Source of the DNA: Eledone cirrhosa
Taxonomy: Eukaryota
Direction of reading: 5' to 3'
NCBI GenBank assembly: GCA_964016885.1
Contig: OZ024742.1
Coordinates: 293,260,001 to 293,324,000, forward strand
DNA: 64,000 bases
The notes under the pieces were generated by a model, which worked only from the letters and a program-made list of their open reading frames with translations, did no database searches and was not told the DNA's origin. Numbering within the stretch: position 1 is the first letter of the stretch; each line of letters starts with the position of its first letter. Below, piece by piece: positions 36,021 to 49,626 of the stretch. A program made the translations under genes and the position numbers.

Positions 36021-36590
36021 CATGGATTTTATGATTTAGTGCTGTGCAAACATGAACAAAAAAAAAAAAAGATGACATACACACAATTATGTACACATTC
36101 ACATTGACCACGTGAAAGATAATAGAGGATTCTCGTTACCTGAGATGGTGTGGTTTATATTTCTCTGAGAAATAACATCAGATCCAATATTTTTTTTCTT
36201 TTTTTTTCTGTGAATGAAATTACATGAAACCACTATGAGAATTAATAATTAATAATTAAGCTATGACGATGATGATGAATATCATCATCATCACTGTCAT
36301 ACATCTGTTTTCCCTCTTAGTAAATATTTATTACTAATAATTAGTGATATTTAATAAATCAAAGAATGTTCTTTTTTTTGTACTTTTATTGATTATCTAT
36401 ATAGACTAACAAAGTTCTTAAAAGTTCTAAAATTGAAGAATTGAGACTATTTAAGGATCTTTGGATTCTGAAATGAATTATGAATAGTAATTGGTGAAGA
36501 AGTTTGCTTTGCAACTACATGGTTTCAGTTTCAATCCTACTACATAACACCTTAGGCAAATATCTTCTATTATTATAGCCTTGGGATAAC

Positions 36591-37040
36591 CATCATCATC
36601 ATCATTTTTACATCCGTTTTTCCACACTTGCATGGGTTGGGAGGGTCCTTCTCAGCATGGTGTCTCTCCACATGTTGCATTCCTTCGTCATCTCTTCTGC
36701 CTGTCTTAGCGGTTTGAGGTCAGCTCTCTCAACCTCTGCACAGGTCTTTCTTGGTCTGCCTCTACAACGGCCTTCTTCCACTGGCATTTATTCACCCAAC
36801 GATCATTGCCCATGTACATCACATGTCCATACCAATGCAGTCTTCTATCCTGCACACCACCCCAGATTCCTTTTAACCCCAGCTTCTCCTATAGCTCATC
36901 CAAACTCCGACTTTTTCTCACATTTACGTTCCATATCCAATGGAATATACACATGTCCTCTGCAGTCACAGCCCATGTTTCACTACTATGCAGCATCACA
37001 CTTCATACACAGGTGTTATACAGTCGTCCTTGTAACCAAT
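36591..37040 (-). mobile_element. Older RTE-clade 3' fragment (distinct family)
   Basis: The minus strand encodes VQDRRLHWYGHVM and GRCRGRPRKT, followed by a ccatgcaagtgtggaaaaacggatgtaaaa(atg)n tail like the other RTEs. Confidence 0.75.
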
Positions 37041-37323
37041 GCCTTGTAATTAAAATCTGTACAGAAACTAATCAGATACTGTGTGTGTGATATTATTTGG
37101 GCAGCTGGTGAGATTATGTCCCTGCATAAACAATGTTCTGCAATTTAGCAATTCACCAAAGATTGGAAAGGGGTACCTTAATTATTTTGAAGTATCTCTA
37201 CTTGAAAACAATTATGGGTTCATATCAGGAAGAACATCTGGCCTTGGCATACTGCTTCAGAAAACGTTGTATAACCCATGCTAGCATGTATAACAGATTT
37301 AAGATCATTAATTAATGGTTTAA

Positions 37324-37508
37324 GGCCGGTGGATTGGCAGTATCGGTAGAGGGTCGGACGCCATGCTTTGTAGCATAGTTACGTCCCTTTACGATCTGAG
37401 TTCAAATCCCGCGGAGGTTGACTTTGCCTTTCATCCTTACGGGGTCGATAAAATAAAGTACCAGTAATGCACTGGGTAATTGCTGGCCTTGTGCCTAAAG
37501 TAGAAACA
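37324..37508 (+). mobile_element. tRNA-derived SINE, young short subfamily
   Basis: Near-identical to the 54467 copy; 17-bp TSD attaattaatgg(t/a)ttaa. Confidence 0.88.
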
Positions 37509-39008
37509 ATTAATTAATGGATTAAATGAATACAACGATATGAAATATTTGACTGTTATGTCTCAGAGTATTTGTTTATTTGCTTTTGCTATGGCAACTC
37601 TAATGTCACTTGGTCATAGACACAGTTCTGTCAACTATAATTTATATATAGTCTTAATGATGAAAAATCTGTTTCATAGCCAATGTAAATGTTTGATTAT
37701 ATTGATCATGCTGCAAAATGAAGGATGAAATTACATGAGTTAATGCTGATGCCAGAATAAAATGCACCCAGTGCATTCTGTAGAGTGTGGGAACAAATGT
37801 GAAGTGCAGTCACCTTAGCCCATCTGAAAATTACAATAGCTCTAAATAAGTACTGACATGGTCTGTGCTCTCCTATCCAACCTTTGCTAGTAGGGAAAAC
37901 AGATGTTAAATAATTATTTCCCTTTAGGCACATGGCCTGCAATTTGAAGGGCAGGGGGTAAGTTGATTAAATCAACCCCAGTGCATTACTGTTACTTTAT
38001 TTTATCGACCCTGTAAGGATGAAAGGCAAAGCTAACCTCAATGGGATTTGAACTCAAACCATAAAGGGCAGAAACTCTATGCCGCAAAGTATGTTGTCCG
38101 ACGCTCTACTGATTCTGCTAATCCACCATGTTAAATAATGAGGATGACCACTTCCATTGCTATTGTATTAACAATACAGCACTGTTTTATTGTGAATGTG
38201 TAGGGTTTAGAGGTTAAGGTTTTCAGTTCACAATTGTATGGTTATTGATTCCCAGTAGTGCATTGTGTCCTTGAAAAAGACACTTTATTTCACATTCCTT
38301 CAGTCCACTCAGCCAGAAAAAAATATAATTTAAGGAGCCAGTCTTGTTACACCTCCCTGAGAACTAACTATGTTAAGGGTGCATGTGTTTGTAGAATGCT
38401 CAGCCACTTGCATTTTAATTTCATAAATAGGATGTTCCATTGTTCAAACAACTGGAATACTACACACACACACAGTTTTATTTAAATAACATTTATACCT
38501 GATTAATGGATTTTTGCTCAAAAAAATTATCTCCACAGTTTCCTACTTCACATCTCTAATTAATATAGCTATACATGTGACATTTTAATTGGTTTAGCAT
38601 CAAGAAATAATTGTTTAATTAATTACATATCTTTAACTAATAAACATTGTTATCATTTTACATCTACTTTCCATGCTGATGTGGGTTGGACAGATTGTTA
38701 CAGTTTGAATGAGTTATTTAAAATTACTGTCCTCCTCATTCATGCATTTTATTTTAACATGATTTTTATGGCTGGATGCCCTTCCTAAAACCAACCACTT
38801 GGGTGCATTTTAAACAGTGCCGTTCCCTCCCTAACTTTTTCCACCTTTGTGGGTACTCATGGGTTCCAAATAATAGGGGTTGGGGGTTGGAATAGCTAGT
38901 AGTTTCTCAACTTGATACATGAAAATGATTTTTTATGTTGTTTAAATTTGTATGTATTTATGTATGTTTGTATATATCTCTCTAACTTATCTTTTATTTC
39001 TAATTCTA

Positions 39009-39044
39009 TCTTCTGATAAAGAAGTAGTGTCTGAAACGTTAAGA
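39009..39044 (+). ncRNA. Minimal Penelope-type hammerhead relic (G8 to A)
   Basis: TCTT-CTGATAA-AGA agtagtg TCT-GAA-ACGT-T-AAGA. Stem I is TCTT/AAGA, stem II is AGA/TCT and stem III is the palindrome ACGT. The core has CTGATAA instead of CTGATGA. Confidence 0.55.
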
Positions 39045-39848
39045 CTCTTTTAATGCTATTTCAAGTGTTATATTTCTTCAATGTACTGTGTTGTTTGCTT
39101 TGTTATTTCTGCCTAACAAATTTCACTCACAAGGCATTGATATTGGTCAGGTTACCATGTAGTGGGACTGAACCTGAAACAAGTTGTGAAGCAAGCCCCT
39201 TAACTATACACCCATGCCTGTGCCCTTGTTCACTTTTTATCTGTTTTACAGTATATATTGGAAAAAGTAAATGAATATTGAATGATTTCCTGTTAAAAAC
39301 TGATTCTGCTAAAAGGAATTCAGTGTTCTGTGTTTAATTCATGACAAGCCCACTGGTTGAAAGTCAAGGCAAAGATATTGTGTCAGTAGGGAGGTTGGAG
39401 GTGATGGTATGTGACACATTGTCTCAACTGTGACTATGCCTCTCATGTACTCCCTTCTCTAGAGTATACCCATAGTTCTAGGGCTCACTCACTACTCTGA
39501 AAAGCATGACACATTTTAAAGAATGAATGAATGTTATAATTTCTTTCACCCCTCCTTTTTGCCCCCTTTTTATCACAGTTCTATCACTAATATATTTGAT
39601 ATTCATGACTGCCTCTTGCTGTTGCAGTGACTGACTGCTAAATTATTTTCCCTTTCCCCCACTGAAAAAATTTTGAACTTGAAATTAGTTTTGTATATTA
39701 GGAGAGAGACAGATAAGCGTAACTGTTGAAGAATTAATTATATTATATTATATTATATTATATTTCACAAAATTATTCTCTCTCTCTTGAAAAAAATTTT
39801 GACTCTCATTTGATAATGAATTTTATAAGTTTTGATATTAATCCCAGG

Positions 39849-39870
39849 ATGTATGCAACATTGCTTCGAG
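39849..39870 (+). CDS. Candidate first coding exon (MYATLLR + phase-1 G) of the CDK14-like gene
   Basis: caggATG TAT GCA ACA TTG CTT CGA G|GTAGGT. The phase-1 donor is compatible with the phase-1 acceptor of the 56644 exon (G+CT = Ala). It lies in non-repetitive sequence but is very short and could be chance. Confidence 0.35.
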
Positions 39871-41607
39871 GTAGGTTTTTGTTTTTTGTTACATCAGTAA
39901 TCTACCGGCTGGCTATTCAAAGTTTGTTGGGTATCATTAATAATGGATCTTCTTTAATCCTTTTGTTACCATATTTTTAATGAAAAATACTGCCTATGAT
40001 ATTCGAAGGATTTTGAAATACTGCTTATGGTTTTTAAATCAATTTGAAAAAAATCCAGAATTTAAATGGATTTAGTAATGTAACTTTCTTTTCGAACATA
40101 ATTTAAAGTTCTTACATAGAATTATGATGTAAAGTTTTTAGATAAATATAAATACTTTAAAATAAGCAATCTTGTACCTCACCCTCAATATCTGCAGCAG
40201 TAATGCTGTGAGTGTTTTAGGTTATCTCAAAAATATTTAAAAGGCAACACCAGCACTCTTTCTTGTATATAATTGAGGGAGAGTGCATTTCTTTGTTAAT
40301 TATATATGTATTTGTAATAAATCTATTATTTAAAAGATTTACTTTAACTCTTTCATTACCATATTTCTAATGAAAGCTGCTTCTTATGATACAGTAATGT
40401 AATGAAAACTTACATAATTATCTCATATAATATTGAATCTATGAGATTTTGATATTATTTATTTTGACAACAATACCTTAATATCAGTTTGAACAGAAAG
40501 CGGTGAGAGAATTCTGGCCGGATACGGTCGGTTTAATTGCTAAAGGGTAAATCCATCACCCAATTTAACACTTTTGATACCAAACTGACTATAACCATAC
40601 AGATCTATTTATTTTAAAGTGTTTATATTTATTTAAAAGCCTTCCTCGGCAATTTTTATGTAAAATGCTTAATAATGAGAAAGGTATTTTACTAAATCCC
40701 TCAAATATTTCAGAATTATGTGAAGCATTTTTGTCCTTCCTGAGTTCAAATCCCGCCGACGTTAACTTTGCCTTTCATCCTTATGGGGTCGATAAAATAA
40801 AGTAATGCACTGGGTAATTGCTGGCCTTGTGCCAAAAGTAGAAACAATTAAAATTATAGTATCAAAAGGGTTAACACCACAACCTGGCCCATACTCTCAG
40901 GTCTCGAATAATGACCCTCTCCCCCAAACAACACCACCACCACTTATTAAGTTTTCAGACACCTCTCCCTTCCGTTCTTTTCCAAACCCTTCGCTTATTA
41001 AATTTTGCTAATCTATCTCTCTCCAGCAAAATTTTATTTTATGTGGTAGCATTCCTGCAACAATTTTCTTTATACATTAAAAAACATTATATATGAAAAA
41101 AAAAATTCATTACTAGAACTCCCATGTGTTATAAAACAAATAGAATGGGTTGGGGGTCTCAATATGTAAACTAAACAACTAATTCTGGTTTTTAAAAAAA
41201 TCAAGGGAGTCAACCTAGAAAAAATTATCGATTTTTTTTTTTTTTTTTTTTTTTTTTTTCCCCCCACCCCTTCCCTCCAATCGCACTTCTTCCACCCATC
41301 ACTATTTCTGACTTGAGAGTAGGTGTCTTTAGTAGTGTCCACTCTGTTGTAAATGCATGAAATAGATCTCTGGTTTGAAGATACCTTATTACCTCTTCCC
41401 ATTAGTTATAGAGGCACTGTAAGGTTATGGGCACTGTTCTTTCTTGTGTAACTAAACGCTAGAAACATTTTAATATTATATGGGGTTTAAATTCATTTTA
41501 TATATAAAGTCACTTAAATACTTCATTCTGCTTAGATAATTGAAAATATATTTTTTTAAATATACTGACCTAAGATCATATATGTATGTGTGTATGTGTG
41601 CATGCAG

Positions 41608-41675
<68 letters not shown>

Positions 41676-42108
41676 TACTATTATATATCTAGTCCTTATT
41701 TGTTTTTTTACATAAGAAAGCCAAAATAAGAAAATTATGGAAATATATAGAGCATACTTGCAATTTACTTAATCGTTTCTGTATGTGAGTAAATAATTTG
41801 ATAAGAAATAGATAAAATAAATTGTGGTATTATAGATATAAAATGAGACAGGATTCTTGGAGGAAAAAACAGTGTGTTGCTATTATGTCTAATTTAAACC
41901 AGCATAGGGAAAAATACATAATGATGGTTTGGGGATATTTAAAATATAGGTAATGAAATTTTAAACTACTCATTTTAGTTTGTCATGTATCATTTAATAT
42001 ATATCTATATATGTTATGTGTTAAGTATTTTCATAGAAAATGTAAAGAAAAGAAGAGTGCTCTATAGTACAGAGCTATTTAATTACATAATAAACATCAC
42101 AATATAAT

Positions 42109-42182
42109 TATTCCATTACCAAAGGTTTCAGGAAACTAGACGATCCTTACAGAAACGTCCAGCTCATTCATCAGATGAAATA
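42109..42182 (-). ncRNA. Type I hammerhead ribozyme motif (second family, single copy)
   Basis: Minus strand: TATTTCAT-CTGATGA-ATGAGCTGGACG...CGTCTAGTTTCCT-GAA-ACC TTT GGT-A-ATGGAATA. It has an 8-bp stem I (one G.U), a canonical core, a long stem II, stem III ACC/GGU and a GUA cleavage triplet. It sits next to (TA)n. Confidence 0.8.
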
Positions 42183-42379
42183 GTTATGCAAATAATAATA
42201 TATATATATATATCATCATTTCATTTTACGTCCGCTTTTTCCCTGCAAGGGTGAGGCGGGAACTGATTCTGGCTTGATTTCTACAGCTGGATGCCCTTCC
42301 TAACACCAACCTCATTTACAGTGAGTGCTGGATGCTTTTTTGCCGTGGCACCTCCACAACCACTTTGCAGTGGAATGAT

Positions 42380-42538
42380 ATGGACCCCAGTCCCTATCAT
42401 CTCATTTCTACAGCTGAGTAAACTGGAGCAATGTGAAATAAAGTGTCTTGCTGAAGGAAACAACACATCACCCGGTCTGAGAATTGAACTCACAACCTTT
42501 CGATTGCAAGGCCAATGCTCTAACCACTAAGCCATGTG

Positions 42539-42540
<2 letters not shown>
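42380..42540 (-). mobile_element. tRNA-derived CORE-like SINE (second family)
   Basis: Minus strand ggcacatggcttagtggttagagc...gagttcaattctc...ccttcagcaagacactttatttcacattgctccag. Related copies at ~243-345, 24830-24920, 38200-38320, 46884-47000 and 57390-57500. Confidence 0.72.

Positions 42541-42622
<82 letters not shown>
42541..42622. repeat. (TC)n(TA)n microsatellite
   Basis: Direct inspection. Other dinucleotide runs: (TA)n 11151-11219, 12538-12585, 21482-21564, 49575-49622; (CA)n 24437-24489; (GT)n 50790-50846. Confidence 0.95.
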
Positions 42623-42623
<1 letters not shown>

Positions 42624-42694
42624 CACATACATAAATGCACAAACAAAAATCTATAGTTCTGGTCTTTCATTACTCACAGACACACGCACACATA

Positions 42695-43700
42695 CAGGGC
42701 GACTCAAAAATGAAACTGGTCCCATTTTTATTTTTGTCTACAATCAGGGCTCTGTTGAGCCCACATAAAATCAGTCTCCAAAGTTATTTTACATCCATTT
42801 TTGCAACTCATTGGAGGTATGATGACTTGCTATGCCTTGCTGGAACCAGAACTTATTCATAAGAGATAAGTACATAGCCTGTAGCTCCTTTTTGAAGTCT
42901 CCCAGGACCTCCTCATTGTGTACCTTTGTGGCTGTAACAGTGACATCATATTCCTCGAAGAAGAATAGGGCAATCAACCCGCTCTCAGAAATGGCTGCCC
43001 AGATAGTACATTTAGCTGAATGGAGAGGTTTCCCAGCCATTTTAATGGGTTTCTCTGACCCCAGAACACATAGATCTTAGTTGATTTTCCCCTCTAAATG
43101 AAAGTGGGTTTCATCAGAGGTCCACTGCAGATTCAGAAAATTGGGGTTGTTTTCCATTTTCTTCAGCATTTTCACAGCCATAGCCTTTCTCTTGATCTTA
43201 TCAGCTACAGTAAACTTTTGTTTAGTCTGTAGGGGTACCTCTTTGACAACCCTTCTGCAAGTTTCTGTGGAGAGACCCAAGGAATGGCTTCTACACAGTG
43301 TTCGTTTTGGGCTCTGTTCAACAGACTCTCGGCCTGTCAATAACTTTATATGTACACTTCCTGGGTCTTCCAGAGTGGGTAGGACGGTCCTCAGACATTC
43401 TATTAAGGTTCTCCACAGTCCCATAGGTTTCAAACTTCTTCACCCAGTTTTGTATATTAGTTTTGAAGGAATTTGTCCATTAAAAAAAAAAGCATAATAT
43501 TACTCCTGGATCTGCTTGTATGAGCCACACTTATAGTAGTGTTTCTCACAGAAAATCTTGTGCTGGAGCTCTCATTGAAGTCTTGCCTTCTCAGACGTAT
43601 CTGCCATGTCCTGAAATTTAAGGTTAAAAAATGAATATACAATGATAAAACATGCACAGGGTATGTCACGTTCTGAGGCTTGACAGGTCAGATGACTGTG
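42695..43700 (-). pseudogene. Tc1/mariner-superfamily (DD37D/maT-like) element, internally deleted
   Basis: WTSDETHFHLEGKIN, PLHSAKCTIWAAIS..GLI..FFFE and FWFQQG...HHTS. TA+CAGGG terminal-repeat-like end at 42693-42700. The third catalytic Asp region is missing. Confidence 0.8.
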
Positions 43701-44641
43701 TCTTGCTCATATATTCCATTCTGGCATGGTTTCTATGGGCATTTTAAGCCTGGCAGAGCCCATCCTTCTTCAGGCCTGAGTACAGCAGATTTCTTCCTGT
43801 GAGAGGAAGAATCAACCCCAGTACATTTTTTTTTTCTTGACTTCAAAAGGATGAAAGGCAAAAATAAAGTATAGCCTAGCATCAGGAAGGCCATCCACTC
43901 ATTGAAAAACTGCTTCAAAAAGTCTTGTTTGACCTATGCCAGCATGGGAAAGTGGACACAAAAATGAAATAATAATAACGATGATAATAATAATTTTATG
44001 TTAATTTCTGAGATGTTTTAAAAAAGCTATTTAGCAGAAATCTGATTATTTTTCTATCATATTTGGGAAGGATGTAATAAGATCTAATTCTCCTTGTATC
44101 TCATGATGGCTCATTCTGATCATGAGAGATAAGAGAGATGGCTAGGCTGGGTAAGTAGGTAGGCTGAATGATGTTGGTGTCATTTTATGTAAAGTTTTAA
44201 ATATGTAGAGGTTAATGTTTGGGTGGTGATGGGAGGGGGAGAGACTGATGACAGGATTAGGTTGTATCAAACTGGAGCAGTCATCTGCATGACAAGAAGG
44301 GGTGAAGAGGTGTTGGGGTGATGTTCACTTGCAGGGTTTAAGAAGACATGCAGATATATGTGGAATGTACTCTCTCTTACACACGCATGGAAATGCTTAC
44401 ACACATACACACACATAAATGCTCAGATGTGTGTGCACACATGCTCAAACACACAGAAAGGCTCACGTGTGTGCGTACACATGGACAAACACACACACGT
44501 GGGTGTTGAAAAGTGGAGAATTAAGTAAAACAAACTATTTGAAAGGGGTGCTTGATACAAGTAGCAGGTGTTTGGAAAGAAACTAATTTGTTTTACAGAT
44601 ACTTTTTTAAATGCCCCCCCCCCCCCCCCCCCCCCTTATTG

Positions 44642-44676
<35 letters not shown>

Positions 44677-47602
44677 TTAACCAATCAATTAATGAATTAA
44701 TTCTGTTTTCTTACTAATAAATGCTTTGTGAAGATTTTAGTGGATTAAAATGTGTTAACTTGACAGTTGTTATGGCATTTTATTAAATGCCTCGACATTT
44801 GTTCTGGTTCTTTGAGTTCAAATACAGCTGAAACCAACTTTGCCTTTTATCCTTTTTGAAGTCGATAAATAAAATGCCAGTCCAGAGGCAGTGGTTTGGT
44901 GTGTCGTATGTGATGTTTTGTGATATCTGTTCTGGCCTTGTGTATTCTGAATTCCAATTCCACCTTCTGTCGCTAGGAAAGCAGTGATGCTTCTGCCAAG
45001 TGTTGTGATTAGCAGCACGTGTTTTTAAGAAAGATATTTCATTTATCATTGCTCTTCAGGATTTGACTGGGACCTCTATCATTGAAACATCCAAGAAACC
45101 TCACCAACTGCTTTACAGTGTGTACTGGGTGCATTTTATCATGGCACCAACATTAGAGGTTATGCTTTGCATAAAGTACCAGGCCATGGTGGTGAATTAG
45201 TGGAAATGTTAGAGCATCAGATAGAATTCCTTGAGATGTCCAATCTAGCATTTGCTATTCTGAGTTTAAATTTCACCTAAGGTTTAAATCCCACCGATGG
45301 TCAAGGCTAATCCTCCAACCCTGAGATTACAACTGTTTATGAAAGATAGAATTGGTGAAAGAGGATTGTGACCAGCTACTACAGTCAAATGACAATGACG
45401 ATGATGGGCTTTTTTTTTAGTTCAGATTCTGCCCAGGGATTAATTTCAAATACCACTGATGACCTGGGCAAATCATCTGACCATAGCACCATAACTAGTT
45501 AGGGTGGAGGAGGATTGTGTTTATCTGCTATTGTAGTTGAACAATGATGGTGATGATGGAGGAGGGGTATTGTGGCTGTCTATTATTCCAGTTGAATGAT
45601 GATGATGGTGCAAAATCATTTGAATTAAAAATCAGACGATACTTACAATTGCTGGTCTTTCCTTATATATGTTTTTCATATACAATTATTAGAGATCAGC
45701 TAAATCTATGTATGTTATAAATATTGATGTATTTTATTAATGTCATATTGAGGAAATAATTACTGCAACACAGTAATTATGTATAAAAACACAGAATATG
45801 TGGATAAAAACAAATTAGCTTATGGCCTAATGTATTTGGATATTTGAATAACAAATCTGAAATTATATACTTTTTGTTCTGTTATTGGATTCAGTCATTG
45901 GATTGCAGCCTTGCTGGAGCAGCGTGCTTGCATGAATTGTTTGGACATGACATTTGTGGCGGGTTTTCTGTAGCTGGATGTCTTTCCTGATGCTAGCATA
46001 CATGCCAATACTAGAGAAGCTATCGTGCCATTGACATAACTAAAGAGTCCTCCCAACCCTTTTTGGCATGGTTTTTACAGTAGGCTGTCCTTCCTATTGT
46101 CAGCCACCTTACAGGTTTTACTGGGTGCATTTTTCATGACACCAGAATTAGAAAGGTTGTCAATGACTCAAATGAAGAACTTTCTCTACTCTATGGTTGA
46201 GAAGGAGGATAAGTATCGTGTTATATGTGTATGACAAGTGTGGTGGTATTTGACAGGGTGATAAGGAGGAGGGAAGAGGTGACTCCTGATGGGGGGGGGG
46301 GGGGGGGTAGAAAGGATTTGAACCCACAACCTTATAATTGTGAGTTCAGCACATTAACCACTAGGTCAACACATTCATATTTTACTTTGTTTGACACCTT
46401 AGATGATACATGTGAGCTTCATGTCTATTCATGCAAGCAATGAATTAATGTCATTAATGAATTTCTAAACATGATTTGTCATTTAAAACATCTTCAAAAT
46501 CGGTGATATTTTCAGATCCTTCGGTTCTTCCAGTTTCATCAAGTAGGAGGATTTGTTGTGTTGTTTTCCAAAGTAGTTTATGGTATAAATAGTTGAAAAT
46601 GTTACTTGGAAATGTTACTTCTAATGAGTTCACAAACAATAGAAATACTTTAAGAATTAAAAAAATATATATAAACACAAAACTGTTTTCTACCTATATT
46701 TGATGTTGTTATTATATTTTGTTGCAAAGTTGTATATTCATACAATGTGAGATGAAGTGTTTATAATCCTGGATGCCCTTTCTACTAACCAATCAACTGT
46801 AAAGTAGAAATGTTGCCATGGTAATAGTTACAAAACCTAACACAGACCTAGGAATGTATTTTATCTATGAACATTGCACAAGTGAAGGCATGTTGCGCAA
46901 TGTTTTGGGTGCTGGACTCATTGCATGTTCAATTCCTGGACCGGGCACTGTATTGTGTTTTTGAGCAAGATGCTTTATTTTCTGTTGCTTTTCACAATAA
47001 GACTGGGACCCTATGAGAACCACTCTCATAGGAAGCCAACTAAACTTACATAGGCGTTAGTTGTAAATTTCATCCCCCACCCCCACCACTACCAATATTA
47101 TGTCTGTGTACTTAAACAAGAACTACCTTCTTAATCCTTAACATCCTGTAATTATTTAGAAAATATCTAAAATCAAATTTGTTAATTCAAATATTTACAG
47201 TATCTTTAATACTGAACAGATTGTTCTGAAACTTTGCATTATTGGAATAAATGTCATGCAGTAATAGTGCTGTTTAGTAGTTATAAAGAATTTCTTGCTA
47301 ATGCGTTTTCATGTTTACAGTATGTTTGGAGTTAATAAGCAATCTAAATACAATGTTTATTTACAATAATTAGAAATTATTCATTTGTAATGTAATGGAC
47401 GTTAAACGAAGATGATGATGATGAATGTGACTCAATAACTGAAAGTAACATCCAGTTATTAAAATATTTATATTCTCAAACATACACATAACTAAAATTG
47501 GAAGTAAAGCAACATCCCTCCCATTCTAACAAAGATAAAAATGTGTATAAAACAGTTTTGAAATGAAACGCATTCTAATTTCATAAACAAAAAGATAAGA
47601 CA

Positions 47603-47638
<36 letters not shown>

Positions 47639-49143
47639 GAAAGGTATAGAAAACATTGTAGCAAAAGCCAACAGTATTCCATAATATATATATATATATA
47701 TAAAAAACATGAGAAGAAAGAAGAATACTGCGTGGTTGTACACGGGTTACATATGATAAAATTAGTCCTTCGTCAGTGATTTGCCAACCATCATTGTCAC
47801 TGGTTTCAGCCATTAGACTGCGGCCCTTCTCAGATACTGACTTGATTTAGTTAACAAAATCGACACCAGTATGTATTTTCTCAGCTCTGGGTCTCATTTT
47901 ATTGATCCCTCATACATTCCAATCTGGCATGTTTTCTATGGTTGTATGTCCTTTCTAATGGCAATCACTTCACAGTATGTACTGGGTGCACTTTATCATG
48001 ACACTGGCACTACTACCTGACATGGTAGACTGGGTGCCTTTTATCGTGACACTAGCTCTACCACTTTTCAACACTAGGGTGCTCATTGTGTCCTCAGTCT
48101 GTGATGAGAGGAGTGGGTGAGTGGAAGAACCTTTATGCCCAAGACGCCAGCTTAATAATAAGAAAGATAGTTCTAGTACTAAATCTCTCTGAATTTTTGA
48201 TTATTTTCAAAATTATTTGAAAATTATAGGCAGTATCTTTTCTTAGAAATAGGTAATGAAAGGGTTAAACTTATCTTTCTCTGTCAGGAAAGTCACAAAT
48301 TATTTTACCTGGCACTCAACCATCTTAGTAATATATATATTTTTTATTTTACATTACTTTAGCTCTATTTTCATTACAATGATGTTAAAATAACGATGTT
48401 TTATAATAATAGATAACTTATCATAAAAAAAAAACTATTTCACATCATAAGATGCAGCCAGTAAAAAGAATCTGCTGTTAACACTTCAACACATCAAACC
48501 TGTATAAAAATCATATACTTAAGAGAGAATCTATTACATTCATTCCCCGTGCTTTAAATATTTTACATTTATGAGAAAATTTCTCACTTCATGACTCCTA
48601 ACACTTCAGAAATCAATACACCCTCCTACCGATTCCACCACAACTATCTCACATATGTTCTATTCTGAAAAACCTTAGAGAAAGTAAAAATATTTCTATC
48701 TTCTGTATATCAGTATAACCAACATTTTTATGCATGCATCTGTTTATAGCAACTTTTCACACAGGATTTTAATATTCAGTTTAAGATGTTGCTATTTAAC
48801 TTTTAAGGTCCTGTACCACATGAAATTATACTAGAAATACATTCTGACTTTATGGAAATCATAGCAGTAATATGTTCTACATGATGAATGTGTGTGTTGT
48901 GTGCATATATATATCTCTTTAGCATTTACATTATTCTATATTTACTATTATATTTTCACGGTAAACACTTTATCTTATATAATTATCTCACATAATATCG
49001 AATCTACAAGATTTTGATGTTATTTATTTTAAGAACAATACCTTATCAGTATCAGCAGCCAGTTATGGCCGGTTTGAACAGAAAGAGGTAAGATAATTCA
49101 GGCCAAATATGGCTAGTTTAAATGCTATATTGTGCACATGGTT

Positions 49144-49305
49144 GCAGGCATGACTGTGTGGTTAAGAAGTTTGCTTTGTAACCACATAATTTAAGGTTTT
49201 AGGCCATTCCATGAGTTGGTTGAGTATCTTGTCCTATAGTCTTTAAATGATCAATGCCTTGTGAGTGAAATTTGGTAGATGGAAACAGCATAGAAGCCTG
49301 TCGAG
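49144..49305 (+). mobile_element. tRNA-derived SINE (third family)
   Basis: gcaggcatgactgtgtggttaagaagtttgct...tgccttgtgagtgaaatttggtagatggaaac. Related pieces at ~36495, 39120-39220, 50146-50300 and 57215-57560. Confidence 0.6.
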
Positions 49306-49525
49306 TGTGTGTATGTGCATGTGCTTGTGTGTGCACGCGCGCGCGTTCACATTGAAGTCCATTCAGCTGTAGAAACCATGTCAAAATATGGAACGTAAGG
49401 TTCTCCAGTGTGTCTAGTCTCAAACTGTGACAACCCATCCAACCCATGCTAGCATGGAAAATGGACATAAAATGATGATGATGTACATAATGTAAGCAAC
49501 ACCTGCTATTGTTTTTTGTGTGTTG

Positions 49526-49560
<35 letters not shown>

Positions 49561-49567
49561 TGGTGTA

Positions 49568-49626
<59 letters not shown>

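Noticed and set aside
46454-46678. 74-aa minus-strand ORF or possible + strand exon in unique sequence
   Set aside because: No recognisable motif and no convincing pair of splice sites.
47715-47785. Minus-strand CTGACGAAGG near TA runs, PLE-like
   Set aside because: No GAAA half of the core and no closing stems.
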